Shown: piece after piece, positions 26,156-35,243 of the stretch
How the letters are laid out: each line of letters starts with the position of its first letter
Position numbering within the stretch: the stretch's first letter is position 1
DNA from: Clostridiaceae bacterium
GTDB lineage: Bacteria > Bacillota > Clostridia > Acetivibrionales > DUMB01
Assembly: GCA_012840535.1 (NCBI GenBank)
Contig: DULF01000049.1
Coordinates: 2,846 to 66,845 of the forward strand
DNA: 64,000 nucleotides
Reading direction: 5' to 3'
The notes under the pieces: generated by a model
Seen by the model: the letters and a program-made list of their open reading frames with translations, nothing else
What the model was told of the DNA's origin: nothing
The model's database searches: none
Program-made: the position numbers and the translations under genes

Positions 26156-27595
26156 ATGAGGTTAACTAATCTTGAAGTGCTATCAAAAAGCGATATAGAA
26201 CTCATTCATGAAAGCTCATTGGATATACTTGAAAAGGTAGGCTTGATTGTAGAAAGTAAAAGAATTCTGGATATTTTGAAGGAAAACGGCTGTAATGTTG
26301 ATTATGAGACTGAGCTTGTTAAATTTCCGAGAAGCGTGACTGAAAAATGCATTAAGTCGCTACCGGCTAAAATACCCATATATGACAGGGACGGTAAAAT
26401 AACCTTAATATTAGGTGATGGTAATTGTTACTGTGCAAGTGGGCACAATGCTGTATTCGCAATAGTTGATGAAAATGGGACCAGAAGAGTATCTACTATT
26501 AAGGACGTAGAGGATTTTGCAGTGATTTCTGATTATCTCAGTGAGGTAGATATTATTGGAGTTCCTGTGATGCCACAGGATGTCGCGCCAAAGACGGCAT
26601 TGCTCTACGCAATAAAAGCAATTCTTGAGAATTCAAAAAAGCCAGTGTTCTTCTCATCCGAAAGTGAACTAATAAACCAGGCTGCCATTGAAATGGGTAG
26701 AGCAGTATTGAATAAAGACAGTTTAGCATGCGGAAGTAATCTCATAAGCCAGCTTTCGCCTACAAGCCCCCTATATTGGGAAAAAGGAGCGGCTGAAGCT
26801 CTGTATGTGGTTGCCAAAGAAGGCTTACCGGTGAACTTACTGCCACAACCTATCACCGGAGTTACTGCTCCATATACACTTGCAGGAATATTAACCTTAC
26901 ATAATACTGAAGTTCTTTCGGGTATAGTAATTACTCAGCTCATAAATCAAGGCACTCCTGTCATATATGGAGCTGCATGGACCACCTATGAAATGAAGCT
27001 GGCAAATGTGCTGATAGGGCGCCCTGAAGCCTCACTTCTGAGGATAGCAGGTGCACAAATGGCCCATTACTACAATATTCCAAGCCACACCACTGCTCCC
27101 GAAAGCGATTCCAATGTTCACGATGAACAGAGTGCTTGGGAAAAGATGCTCAGCATAATCGCCGGCATAATTGGCGCAAACGATATGATAGTAAATCTTG
27201 GTATGTTCGGTACCGGAATGAGCATCAGTAATAAGCAGTTGGTAATGGACAACGAAATGTGCAGGATAGTTAGAAGGTTTCAGAAAGGTATAGAAGTGAG
27301 CAGGGAAGCTATAGCTTTTGATACTATAGCAAGCGTTGGACCAAGGGGAACATATCTGATGGAAGACCATACCATCAAATATCTTAGGTGCGGTGAGCAT
27401 GTAGAATTGAGCATATCCAACGGTGCAAACTATGATATGTGGAAAGCCAAAGGTTCCAAGAACGTAGCTCAGAAAGCAGGTGATAAGGTTCAGGAGATAC
27501 TGCGTAATGGCAACAAATGCAGTCTTGAACCTGATATAAAGCAGAAGCTTGCAGATATTATCAAGAAGTATGAAGGTATAATCAATAATAGTTAA
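26156..27595 (+). CDS. MttB-superfamily (trimethylamine methyltransferase-like) protein, non-pyrrolysine type
   Basis: 479 aa, uninterrupted with no in-frame TAG. The N-terminal LSKSDIELIHESSLDILEKVGL.. block and overall length are typical of MttB/MtgB homologues. Strong RBS AGGAGGAAGG. Confidence 0.85.
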   Translation: MRLTNLEVLSKSDIELIHESSLDILEKVGLIVESKRILDILKENGCNVDYETELVKFPRSVTEKCIKSLPAKIPIYDRDGKITLILGDGNCYCASGHNAVFAIVDENGTRRVSTIKDVEDFAVISDYLSEVDIIGVPVMPQDVAPKTALLYAIKAILENSKKPVFFSSESELINQAAIEMGRAVLNKDSLACGSNLISQLSPTSPLYWEKGAAEALYVVAKEGLPVNLLPQPITGVTAPYTLAGILTLHNTEVLSGIVITQLINQGTPVIYGAAWTTYEMKLANVLIGRPEASLLRIAGAQMAHYYNIPSHTTAPESDSNVHDEQSAWEKMLSIIAGIIGANDMIVNLGMFGTGMSISNKQLVMDNEMCRIVRRFQKGIEVSREAIAFDTIASVGPRGTYLMEDHTIKYLRCGEHVELSISNGANYDMWKAKGSKNVAQKAGDKVQEILRNGNKCSLEPDIKQKLADIIKKYEGIINNS

Positions 27596-27723
27596 TAAGC
27601 TGGAAGACTCAAAAGAAGGATGGAAGCTAGAGGGTTTGGTGTGACTTTAATTGTGAGGAAGACTATGAAGCTTAAAAGTATTCAGGTAGAAGACTCTGAA
27701 ATTTTATTCAAAGATTTGAGAAT

Positions 27724-28385
27724 GTAGGCTCCTTTGCCGTTAAGTATTTGGAGAGTTTTGGAGCTAAAATCGTGGCGGTATAGGAGAAAAACTCATGTTG
27801 TAAGAACCAGCACTGAGTCAGCCTATATACTTGAACTACTCGGAAGAAATTCCCGAATAATCCACGGAGTAAATTTCAATTACCGAATGAACCCTCTGGT
27901 ACAGGAAATGAAATACAAAGTAGCTAATGGTGAAATAAGCGTACCTAGGTTGATTTACATCTCCTACCTCCAGGACTGGCTCCTTTATAATACTGATTAC
28001 AACTGGAGGCTTAAACCGGAAATCAACAGGACCATCAAGGCTGTAGCGGATATTGATTCACACTGGATGGATACGGCACAGGTAGTAACAGGTACAAAGA
28101 TTACTGAGGTATATGCTGACCTCGTAACAGCTCTGTCCGTAAGAGGAAGAAACCAAGGACTTAGGTTGAAACCTTCTCAATCAATATTGATTGGGACTAT
28201 GAAGAAAAAGCTATCTGGACCGAATGCTATTTAGCTGTCATATTCAGGATGGATAACGATGTTCCTGGGGTGTTTCATTTCTCACAGATCAGTGTAGGCT
28301 GCAAGTGTCATTTAAACCTTGAGATTGTTGGGAATAAAGCCTCCATGTACTGGAACCAGGAAAATACAGTTTTAAACAGCTTTCC
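27724..28385 (+). pseudogene. Gfo/Idh/MocA-family oxidoreductase pseudogene (multiple stops, frameshifts and deletions)
   Basis: Fragments in three frames: VGSFAVKYLESFGAKIVAV-stop, then HGVNFNYRMNPLVQEMKYKVANGEI...SHWMDTAQVVTG (ORF 27734..28234), then my translation PGVFHFSQISVGCKCHLNLEIVGNKASMYWNQE (28260-28370). Most of the Rossmann domain is missing. Confidence 0.65.
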
Positions 28386-28555
28386 TCACGAATTAAGGTC
28401 AGGCAATATTTAAACAATCTTAAGGAAGACGAATTCCCCAAGTACATAATTACCGGTATGGCGGCAGCCGGTTATCCCCAAAAATTGGGAAATCCTTTTC
28501 TTCCCAATAAGGGTAAGGTCACTATTCGATTCTGATTGGGGGCTCCAAGAAAAAA

Positions 28556-28590
28556 AGGCATCTAGCTCAAACTAGGTGCCTTATTTTTCT
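28556..28590. terminator. Bidirectional intrinsic terminator
   Basis: Stem AGGCATCTAG / CTAGGTGCCT (one G-U), loop CTCAAA, A-run upstream and T-run downstream. It lies between the convergent pseudogene (+) and the SLH gene (-). Confidence 0.6.
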
Positions 28591-28626
28591 TGGCAGGTGC
28601 TATATTTCTACTGGAAAATCCAGTGT

Positions 28627-30249
28627 TTATTTCAGGTTTTCAACCATTCTTGTGGCTATCAGTATTGCCTGTTCGCGAGTCGCATTGGCGTAGTGCATGG
28701 ATTCCTCAGCCGGAGTGGTATTCTTCGGGGCGAATTTATTGCCGCCGACACCTTTGATGATATTTTTTGCAACCATAAAATACACACTGTCCTTTGCCCA
28801 GCTTGAAATTAGATGATCATCGGCAAAAGCAGCGGGTTTATCATAGTCCAGCTTGAATTGGCTGTCGGTTTCAAGAGTCCAGCCTTCCATGGTAACCTTC
28901 TTGTATACCCGGGTAAGCATGGTTGCCGCTTGTTCTCGATTCAGAAGCATATTCGGAGAAAAAGTGGTAGGGCTTGTGCCGTTGGTCAAACCAAGGTTGA
29001 AAGCTTTCAAAACCTCGGGATCATTGCAATCAGTGAAAGGATTACTGGTAACAGGCTGTGCTTTTGTATTACTGAGGTTTTCATAAAGTTTAACACAAAC
29101 AGCTGCAAATTCGGCACGGGTAATGGGTTTGGTCATATCGGCGCCTATCAAGACATCGGGGATAAGACCCCAATCGGATGCTTTTTTAAGTTCCTCGATA
29201 GCCCATGACGATGCCTCACTCCATGCTTCGGTTGCCGCAAATTTGCTGAAATCGATATCCGGTGTGCCAGTGCCTTCTGAAAGATATATATATGGCTCCC
29301 ACTCGGTTTCCGTTGACAGCACGATTCCAAAATCATATTCTTCCTTATATCCTGGAGCGGAGGCGCGCACGGCATTCAAACCGGGAATTGCGTCAAAGGT
29401 GAATATTCCGCCATAACCTGTCGTGACGGTGGTACTAGTGCCCAGCAGGCGGACGGTGGCATTTTCAGCTCCGTAGACACGACCCGAAAAACGTCCTTTA
29501 AAAACATTTTCATTATAGTTGATTAAAAGCTTCACAAAGTCCACGGCATAGCCATCACCGACGCCATTTGTCTCATCTATCTTGATTACCAGCTTACCGG
29601 AAGCTATTTCATTATAAAAGCCTGATGGTATAATTGCCGATACGATATAACTGGTTGGGCCAGTCTGATCGACATGGTTAAGAAGTTCAGCGATAAATGG
29701 CGCGTCCCTGCCGTTAAGGGTGACTGTAAAATTACTTCCAAATGTTAATGCCTGAAAATCATCAATACATAACTGCAATAATGCACTTTTTACTTTTATG
29801 TCAGAAGTATCATAATTTAATGTGATGGTCAACGCGCCTTTTGCACAGGCGATATTCTCATCTTCATACCAATAGTCATCCTCAGCATTAAGCCAATTGT
29901 AATAATTCCTGGAATAGCCGTCAGAAATGGAACCGGTTTCATTGCTGCCTATATAAATACGGTCGGTGCCTTCGGGGTCAAGAGGATCCTCTATCCATGG
30001 GAAACTGTGACTGTATTGATCCACTGCGGTGAAAGGATTGTAGCCGTATCCATCAACAGCATTTTTAAAATTTAACGCATCAATGTCACCAACTCGAACC
30101 ATTAATTCGGCTTCGGATGTTCCCCTTAGTATTACGGTCTTACTGCTCCAATCTCCGTTATTTGGATCGGAGTATGCAAAGGATGGTAACGGCATAAGTA
30201 CTGAAATAAAGAACAAGACCAAAAATAAGGAAAGAATTTTTTTTCTCAT
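28627..30249 (-). CDS. Secreted S-layer-homology (3x SLH) cell-wall-anchored protein with unknown N-terminal domain and a CarboxypepD_reg-like module
   Basis: Signal peptide ending SFA/YS. Central GRVYGAENATVRLLG...FTFDAIPGLNAVRASAPGYKE. Three C-terminal SLH repeats (..WAIEELKKASDWGLI.., ..VLKAFNLGLTNGTSPTTFSPN.., ..WAKDSVYFMVAKNIIKGVGGNKFAPK..). Confidence 0.85.
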   Translation of the reverse strand: MRKKILSLFLVLFFISVLMPLPSFAYSDPNNGDWSSKTVILRGTSEAELMVRVGDIDALNFKNAVDGYGYNPFTAVDQYSHSFPWIEDPLDPEGTDRIYIGSNETGSISDGYSRNYYNWLNAEDDYWYEDENIACAKGALTITLNYDTSDIKVKSALLQLCIDDFQALTFGSNFTVTLNGRDAPFIAELLNHVDQTGPTSYIVSAIIPSGFYNEIASGKLVIKIDETNGVGDGYAVDFVKLLINYNENVFKGRFSGRVYGAENATVRLLGTSTTVTTGYGGIFTFDAIPGLNAVRASAPGYKEEYDFGIVLSTETEWEPYIYLSEGTGTPDIDFSKFAATEAWSEASSWAIEELKKASDWGLIPDVLIGADMTKPITRAEFAAVCVKLYENLSNTKAQPVTSNPFTDCNDPEVLKAFNLGLTNGTSPTTFSPNMLLNREQAATMLTRVYKKVTMEGWTLETDSQFKLDYDKPAAFADDHLISSWAKDSVYFMVAKNIIKGVGGNKFAPKNTTPAEESMHYANATREQAILIATRMVENLK

Positions 30250-30628
30250 TGGATGATACCTCCATTTGTTTATTTTCAGAGAACAACACGGTTAACAATA
30301 AGGAATCTTTTATGATAGTCTTCAATGCTGTCTATAAATTATATAAGATTTCTGGATTAAAAAAATGTAATATATTCTTTTTTTTAGTAAAAAAAATATT
30401 ATTTAAAAGAGAAGACACAGGCAGGATTTTTCTTGTCCATCTTAAAAATAAAAAAGGGAGGGTTATTGAAATGCCTATATAAAAAGGCAAATCGCCTGAA
30501 AGTTCACTGTTATGGTTGAAATATAATGCCGGCGTGAAAATGGGTAAGGGAATATTGACATCAACTTTTGGTTCTCTATTTTCTGTTTGTTGTTTTCACT
30601 TCACACTTCCACTTTATAATCAAAACTT

Positions 30629-31450
30629 TCACTGAGCTGCGTAACTTATTATATATTCTACGTTTTTGGGACAAGTGAGACCTGGTTTCATATCACGCCA
30701 GATCCCTGATATCCCAAGCTCACGCGCCGTTAACTCAAAATGGCACATTGCAATTCCAATGTCCACTTTTTGTATATCAAAATCCAGTATTTTTCCATAC
30801 AATTTGTTCCTGCATAAGAAAAAGTGAAAGTTGTTTCTGTCCTTAACAATTCGCCAGGGCTGTCTGTTTGATGCAGATGGCGCCACTCTGACCATTTCCA
30901 GGCACTCGCTGAAAATCCCGGCTTCTTCTTTTTTTAAAGGTTTGCTGAAGTCCTTGTCAAAGAATAGCTCAGTCCAATCCTTTCGATTTCTTGAGCCTGC
31001 GGCTGCTGCCATTATTGTGTCAACCAAGCTTCTTTTATCTTTGGAGTATCCAATGGGAGTAATTACCGGAACACACTCATCTTCACTTAAATTTAGCGCT
31101 TTTACGAATTCCGTTTTGTTAAAGGTTCCTCCAAGCCAGCAGGTTCCCAGACTTAGTGATGTTGCATATAGTATTATGTTTTCAAAAACGTATCCGAGGC
31201 TTTCCTCCATCCGGCTTTCTTTTCTTGTTACTGCACATATATAGGTTGTCGCTCCCCTGATTACTCTATAGGTTCCCAGCTTTATGTCCGGGCTTGTATT
31301 GTTCAAATCAACGATTTGGAATCTCATTTTCGTGTTGAATGGAGCCTTTACAGTATATGCATAATTAATAATCTTTTGTCTTAGATCCTGTGGAACAGCT
31401 TCATCTTTATACGTTCTTATGGACTTTCTTTTTAACATCGCATCCCGCAT
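30629..31450 (-). CDS. Nitroreductase-family protein
   Basis: MLKRKSIRTYKDEAV near the N-terminus and a second APSASNRQPWR motif (two-lobed nitroreductase-like). ATG 31450 is preferred over the track start 31483. Confidence 0.8.
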   Translation of the reverse strand: MRDAMLKRKSIRTYKDEAVPQDLRQKIINYAYTVKAPFNTKMRFQIVDLNNTSPDIKLGTYRVIRGATTYICAVTRKESRMEESLGYVFENIILYATSLSLGTCWLGGTFNKTEFVKALNLSEDECVPVITPIGYSKDKRSLVDTIMAAAAGSRNRKDWTELFFDKDFSKPLKKEEAGIFSECLEMVRVAPSASNRQPWRIVKDRNNFHFFLCRNKLYGKILDFDIQKVDIGIAMCHFELTARELGISGIWRDMKPGLTCPKNVEYIISYAAQ

Positions 31451-31635
31451 ATTCACTTCTCGTATGCACCTTCCCAAAAACATCTTTTTCCTTATTATAT
31501 ACTCTGATCAAAAATAAATAAACAAGATTATTTGCTTGATTATATAAACAAGTGGAAACAAAGTATTGCAGATAGATGCTTTTTAATATAAAATGGAAAT
31601 GAAAATAGCAGGATGTAACCGTGGAAAGGGGCAGA

Positions 31636-33330
31636 ATGCTAGTGAAAAAAAGATTAAGAGCTACTAAATCTATTGTTTATTGTATAATCTTCATTCTGTT
31701 ATTTTTACATCCGAGTTTTGCAAATGCCGGGAAAAACCTCAGATCTGCAATAATAAGCGATTTAACCGGGGAAGTAAGTGTTATGAAAGCGGGCGGGGAA
31801 AAAGCCATCAAAGCCTTTAAAAATATGAGTCTGACCCAGGGAGACACAATCATTACCAGAAAAAAATCAAAGGCCACGTTGCTTATTGATGATGACATTA
31901 CTTTATATGTAGCAGAAAATACACGTATTTTAATCAGCGAGCTGGTTGAATCTTCAAAATCAAAGTCCAAATCAACATTGATTGACCTTCAGGGCGGAGG
32001 TATCTGGACAAGTATAAAAAAAGCACTGAATATCAATTCAAAGTTTGAGATAAAAACGCCTACGGCTGTAATGGGCGCAAGAGGAACAGAATTCTACACA
32101 AGCCATATCGGAGAAAAAACCAATATCAGCGTATTGTCCGGTGCAGTTTCGATAACCTCATATAAAACGGTTCTTAATGAAGACGGTACTACCAAACAGA
32201 TAACCCTTAATGTTGTTCTGGAAAATAACCAGCATATGACCCTTGAAGCAAAGCCTGAAGAATTGTTTGACATGATACAGGAGGAATTGACACTTGAGAA
32301 ACTGGATTTGTTTGCACTTGAAATAATCAAGGAAATAGCCGGGAATGAGCCGGAACTCGTAAAACCGGAGTTTATTGAGAAAATTGATGAAATTATAGAA
32401 AGCAAGAAGCAGGAGGAAAGACAAAAAGAAGAGGAAGAAAAGAAAAAGGAAGAGGAGAAAAACAACAGGGCTAATGTAATAGAATATGATGAACAACTGC
32501 AGGAAGATGATTCCTACAATAATGATTATAATAACGGCACAGGAAGCGATGGCGGGGAACCCGGTATAAAACCCGCGGTGGAGCTGGTCCCTGAAACGAA
32601 CCGGAATTTTGTAGATTATGAGTTGAGAATAACATTTGCACCCGACGACGATTTTGCAAATTCCATTACCAGCGTAAAGGTTAAACACTCAAATTATTCG
32701 GATGAATTTATAGAGCTTGACGAGGGCGTGACTTGGAATGACGGAGATTATTATATTGACACTGAAATAATTGATGGGCGTTATGCAATTGTTTTAAATT
32801 TATATCGTTATAAAGGTGAACTAAACATTCCAGGGACCTTGACAGTAAGGGTAGAGGCAACCGGATACGAAGTATCAGAGGTTGAACAGGTTATTTATCC
32901 TTGGCCTGACAGTGAGGCATCCTCCATGGAAATACTTTTGAATGGCGAACCGGTTTATGAAGAAGAGCTGGATTATGGCAATACCTATACCATAGAGTTA
33001 ACTGCAATGGGTATTGAGTCAATTGACAGTGGAAATATCGTTCCCATTGAAAATATGCAGTTTAATTTGAATATTTTTATCTACGCAGACTCAGACGAAT
33101 ATGCTTTCCAAATAGACGGAGATTATTATGGTAACGGCGAATATGAATATATCCCCTTGAAATCAAAAACAGACGGAAATGGGAAAGTTACATTTGAAAT
33201 AACAATACCTGAAGACATGCCGGACCATGCAGAAGCATTTTATATAGAAATATGTTACGGCACAGAATCTGCATTTGAATTGTTTGGTTTTTACGAAATT
33301 TATTTCCGTTATGAGGATATACCCTGGTAA
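31636..33330 (+). CDS. Secreted FecR-domain protein with Glu/Lys-rich coiled segment and C-terminal Ig-like domains
   Basis: Signal peptide ending FANA. FecR-type block GEVSVMKAGGEKAIKAFKNMSLTQGDTIIT...TPTAVMGARGTEFYT. Charged tract KKQEERQKEEEEKKKEEEK. ATG 31636 follows GGAAAGGGG. Confidence 0.8.
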   Translation: MLVKKRLRATKSIVYCIIFILLFLHPSFANAGKNLRSAIISDLTGEVSVMKAGGEKAIKAFKNMSLTQGDTIITRKKSKATLLIDDDITLYVAENTRILISELVESSKSKSKSTLIDLQGGGIWTSIKKALNINSKFEIKTPTAVMGARGTEFYTSHIGEKTNISVLSGAVSITSYKTVLNEDGTTKQITLNVVLENNQHMTLEAKPEELFDMIQEELTLEKLDLFALEIIKEIAGNEPELVKPEFIEKIDEIIESKKQEERQKEEEEKKKEEEKNNRANVIEYDEQLQEDDSYNNDYNNGTGSDGGEPGIKPAVELVPETNRNFVDYELRITFAPDDDFANSITSVKVKHSNYSDEFIELDEGVTWNDGDYYIDTEIIDGRYAIVLNLYRYKGELNIPGTLTVRVEATGYEVSEVEQVIYPWPDSEASSMEILLNGEPVYEEELDYGNTYTIELTAMGIESIDSGNIVPIENMQFNLNIFIYADSDEYAFQIDGDYYGNGEYEYIPLKSKTDGNGKVTFEITIPEDMPDHAEAFYIEICYGTESAFELFGFYEIYFRYEDIPW

Positions 33331-33442
33331 GAGTGAATCTGCTGAAATTGTTTGTTAAATTACTGAATTATTAAATTGCTGAATAGAATTGTTAAATCAA
33401 ATTGTTGAGCCATAAAACTTCTTAATTGTTGAGGTATGACTA

Positions 33443-35199
33443 ATGAAAGTAAAATCAATACATTTAATTATAATTATATTTTTACTTGCAGTTATAATCT
33501 CATATTTCAACAGCTTTGAAAAACTTGAGTATTTGGCGCAGGACAGCCTGTTCCAAAGGGGCGGCGATTGGGACACCCGTATTGTTGTTATTGCCATAGA
33601 TGATGAAAGCCTTGAGAAACTGGGAAGGTGGCCCTGGAGCAGGAAAATTCATGCTGAGCTCATAGATACACTGGCAAAAGGCAATCCTGCGGTTATATTT
33701 CTTGACATGATATTATCTGAACCATCAGATGACCCGGGTGAAGACGGAAGCCTGGCTAAGGCTGTGAAAAACTTTGGGCGTGTAATTATACCGTCCTATG
33801 GTGTGTTGGACAAAACAGCAAAGGGCGGCTTAATTGCTGTGTCTCAAATTGTTGAACCCGTCCCGGTACTGAAAGAGAATGCTCTCCAGGCTCATATAAA
33901 CACGTTCCAGGATTCCGACGGTATAGTACGAAGGACATTGCCGCGTCTTGTTTACAACGGAGAGATTATTGAGTGTGCTGCACTTAAAGCATACAGGATA
34001 TACGCAGAAACAGTAGGTGAAGCTGACATTTCGGAAAACATTCCTGTTGATGAATGGAACATGATGTATATCCACTACACCGGTGAACCGCAGAGCGTGG
34101 AATTCCATTCTTACCACAGGGTTTTAGAAGGTGAAATTCCTCCTGAGTATTTTGAGGATAAAATAGTACTTGTCGGTCCTTACACTGTGGGAATCGGAGA
34201 TTATTACCTTACGTCAATAGACCGCCAGGTACCGATGTATGGAGTTGAAATACATGCGAATATCATTCAGAACCTTCTCCATGGCAGTTTTAAGAAAGAG
34301 GTTGGTTTTGCGTTTACTCTTGTAATACTGGTACTGTTTACAATATTGGGATCTTACGCGTTTAGACGTCTATCGCCGGTAATGTCTGCCTTGCTGTTAA
34401 TTGCAGGTATCGCCCTGTATGCCGGCGCTGCGGTTCTGGTTTATGGCACAGGCTATATACTGCCGGTGGTTTATCCTGTTTCCTTGTATTTTGTTATTTA
34501 TCTTATCACATTGGCATATCGATATATTAATGAACTTTTTGAAAGAAAGCGTATAACATCCTTATTCAGCAGGTATGTTGCACCGCAGGTTGTGGGCAAA
34601 ATTGTAGCCGGCGGAGAAGAAGCCCTGAAGCTTGGAGGATCCCGCAGGGAGCTGACTGTGCTTTTTGTTGACATAAGAGGATTTACTCCTTTGTCTGAAA
34701 GAGCTGAACCGGAAGAAGTGGTTGCCATTCTCAATGAATATCTTACACTATGTGCTGAATCAATTTTAAGTACAACGGTACATTGGACAAATTTATAGGG
34801 GATGCTACAATGGCACTGTTTAATGCGCCGCTGGATTTGGAAGACCATGCTTTTAGTGCCGTACAGGCGGCATGGGCCATGAAGCGGGGAGCGGAACCCC
34901 TTAAAAAGAAACTGGAAGAGAAGTTCGGAAAGACAGTGGAATTCGGAATAGGAATTAATACGGGTGAAGCTGTGGTCGGAAATATCGGAGCGGTTTTCAG
35001 AATGGATTATACTGCTATCGGAGATACTGTAAACACTGCCGCCCGGCTGGAGAGCAATGCCAGACCGGGACAGATTCTCATGAGCCAGTCTACTTATGAG
35101 CGGGTAAAGGACAGGGTTAGGGCCACGTTCATGGGTGAGTACACAGTGAAAGGCAAGGCCCATGGAATTCCGGTATACCAGTTGGACGGACTGAAATGA
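33443..35199 (+). pseudogene. CHASE2-sensor class III adenylate/guanylate cyclase, split by a 1-nt frameshift
   Basis: CHASE2 block VVIAIDDESLEKLGRWPWSRKIHAELIDTL..IFLDMILSEP, then TM helices, then cyclase LTVLFVDIRGFTPLSE (frame A). It continues as (Y)NGTLDKFIGDATMALFNAP...GINTGEAVVGNIG...DYTAIGDTVNTAARLES in frame B. The shift falls within 34759-34775, probably in the T-run at 34764-34767. Confidence 0.85.
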
Positions 35200-35243
35200 A
35201 TTCATTTTACCATATACAAATTAACATGTATAAAGGTGGTTAC

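Noticed and set aside
26156-27595. Checked the MttB-like gene for an in-frame amber codon, which would imply pyrrolysine.
   Set aside because: The ORF is continuous for 479 codons with no internal TAG, and no pyl genes are in the window. It is treated as a non-Pyl family member.
30249-30482. 77-aa plus-strand ORF in the intergenic region upstream of the SLH gene.
   Set aside because: It has no RBS, extremely AT-rich codons and a low-complexity Lys/Phe/Ile-rich product. It lies in what is more plausibly the promoter/leader of the divergent SLH gene.
32094-32688. Minus-strand ORFs (123 aa and 176 aa) full of FFFSSS/LFL runs, and a roughly 70-nt polypurine tract at about 32390-32465.
   Set aside because: The tract encodes the Glu/Lys-rich segment (KKQEERQKEEEEKKKEEEK) of the FecR-domain protein. 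The antisense ORFs are its poly-pyrimidine complement, and I cannot support an independent function from sequence alone.
34755-34790. Possibility that the cyclase (and the binding-protein gene at about 23.9 kb) use programmed ribosomal frameshifting.
   Set aside because: I saw no canonical X-XXY-YYZ slippery heptamer with a downstream stimulatory structure at either junction. A simple indel in a short homopolymer, or a sequencing error, explains both more economically. Recorded as a pseudogene/assembly question instead.
34498-35205. 235-aa minus-strand ORF spanning the cyclase frameshift region.
   Set aside because: The plus strand carries canonical class III cyclase motifs in two frames. 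The antisense product has no recognisable motifs, so its length is a by-product of the open sense frames.
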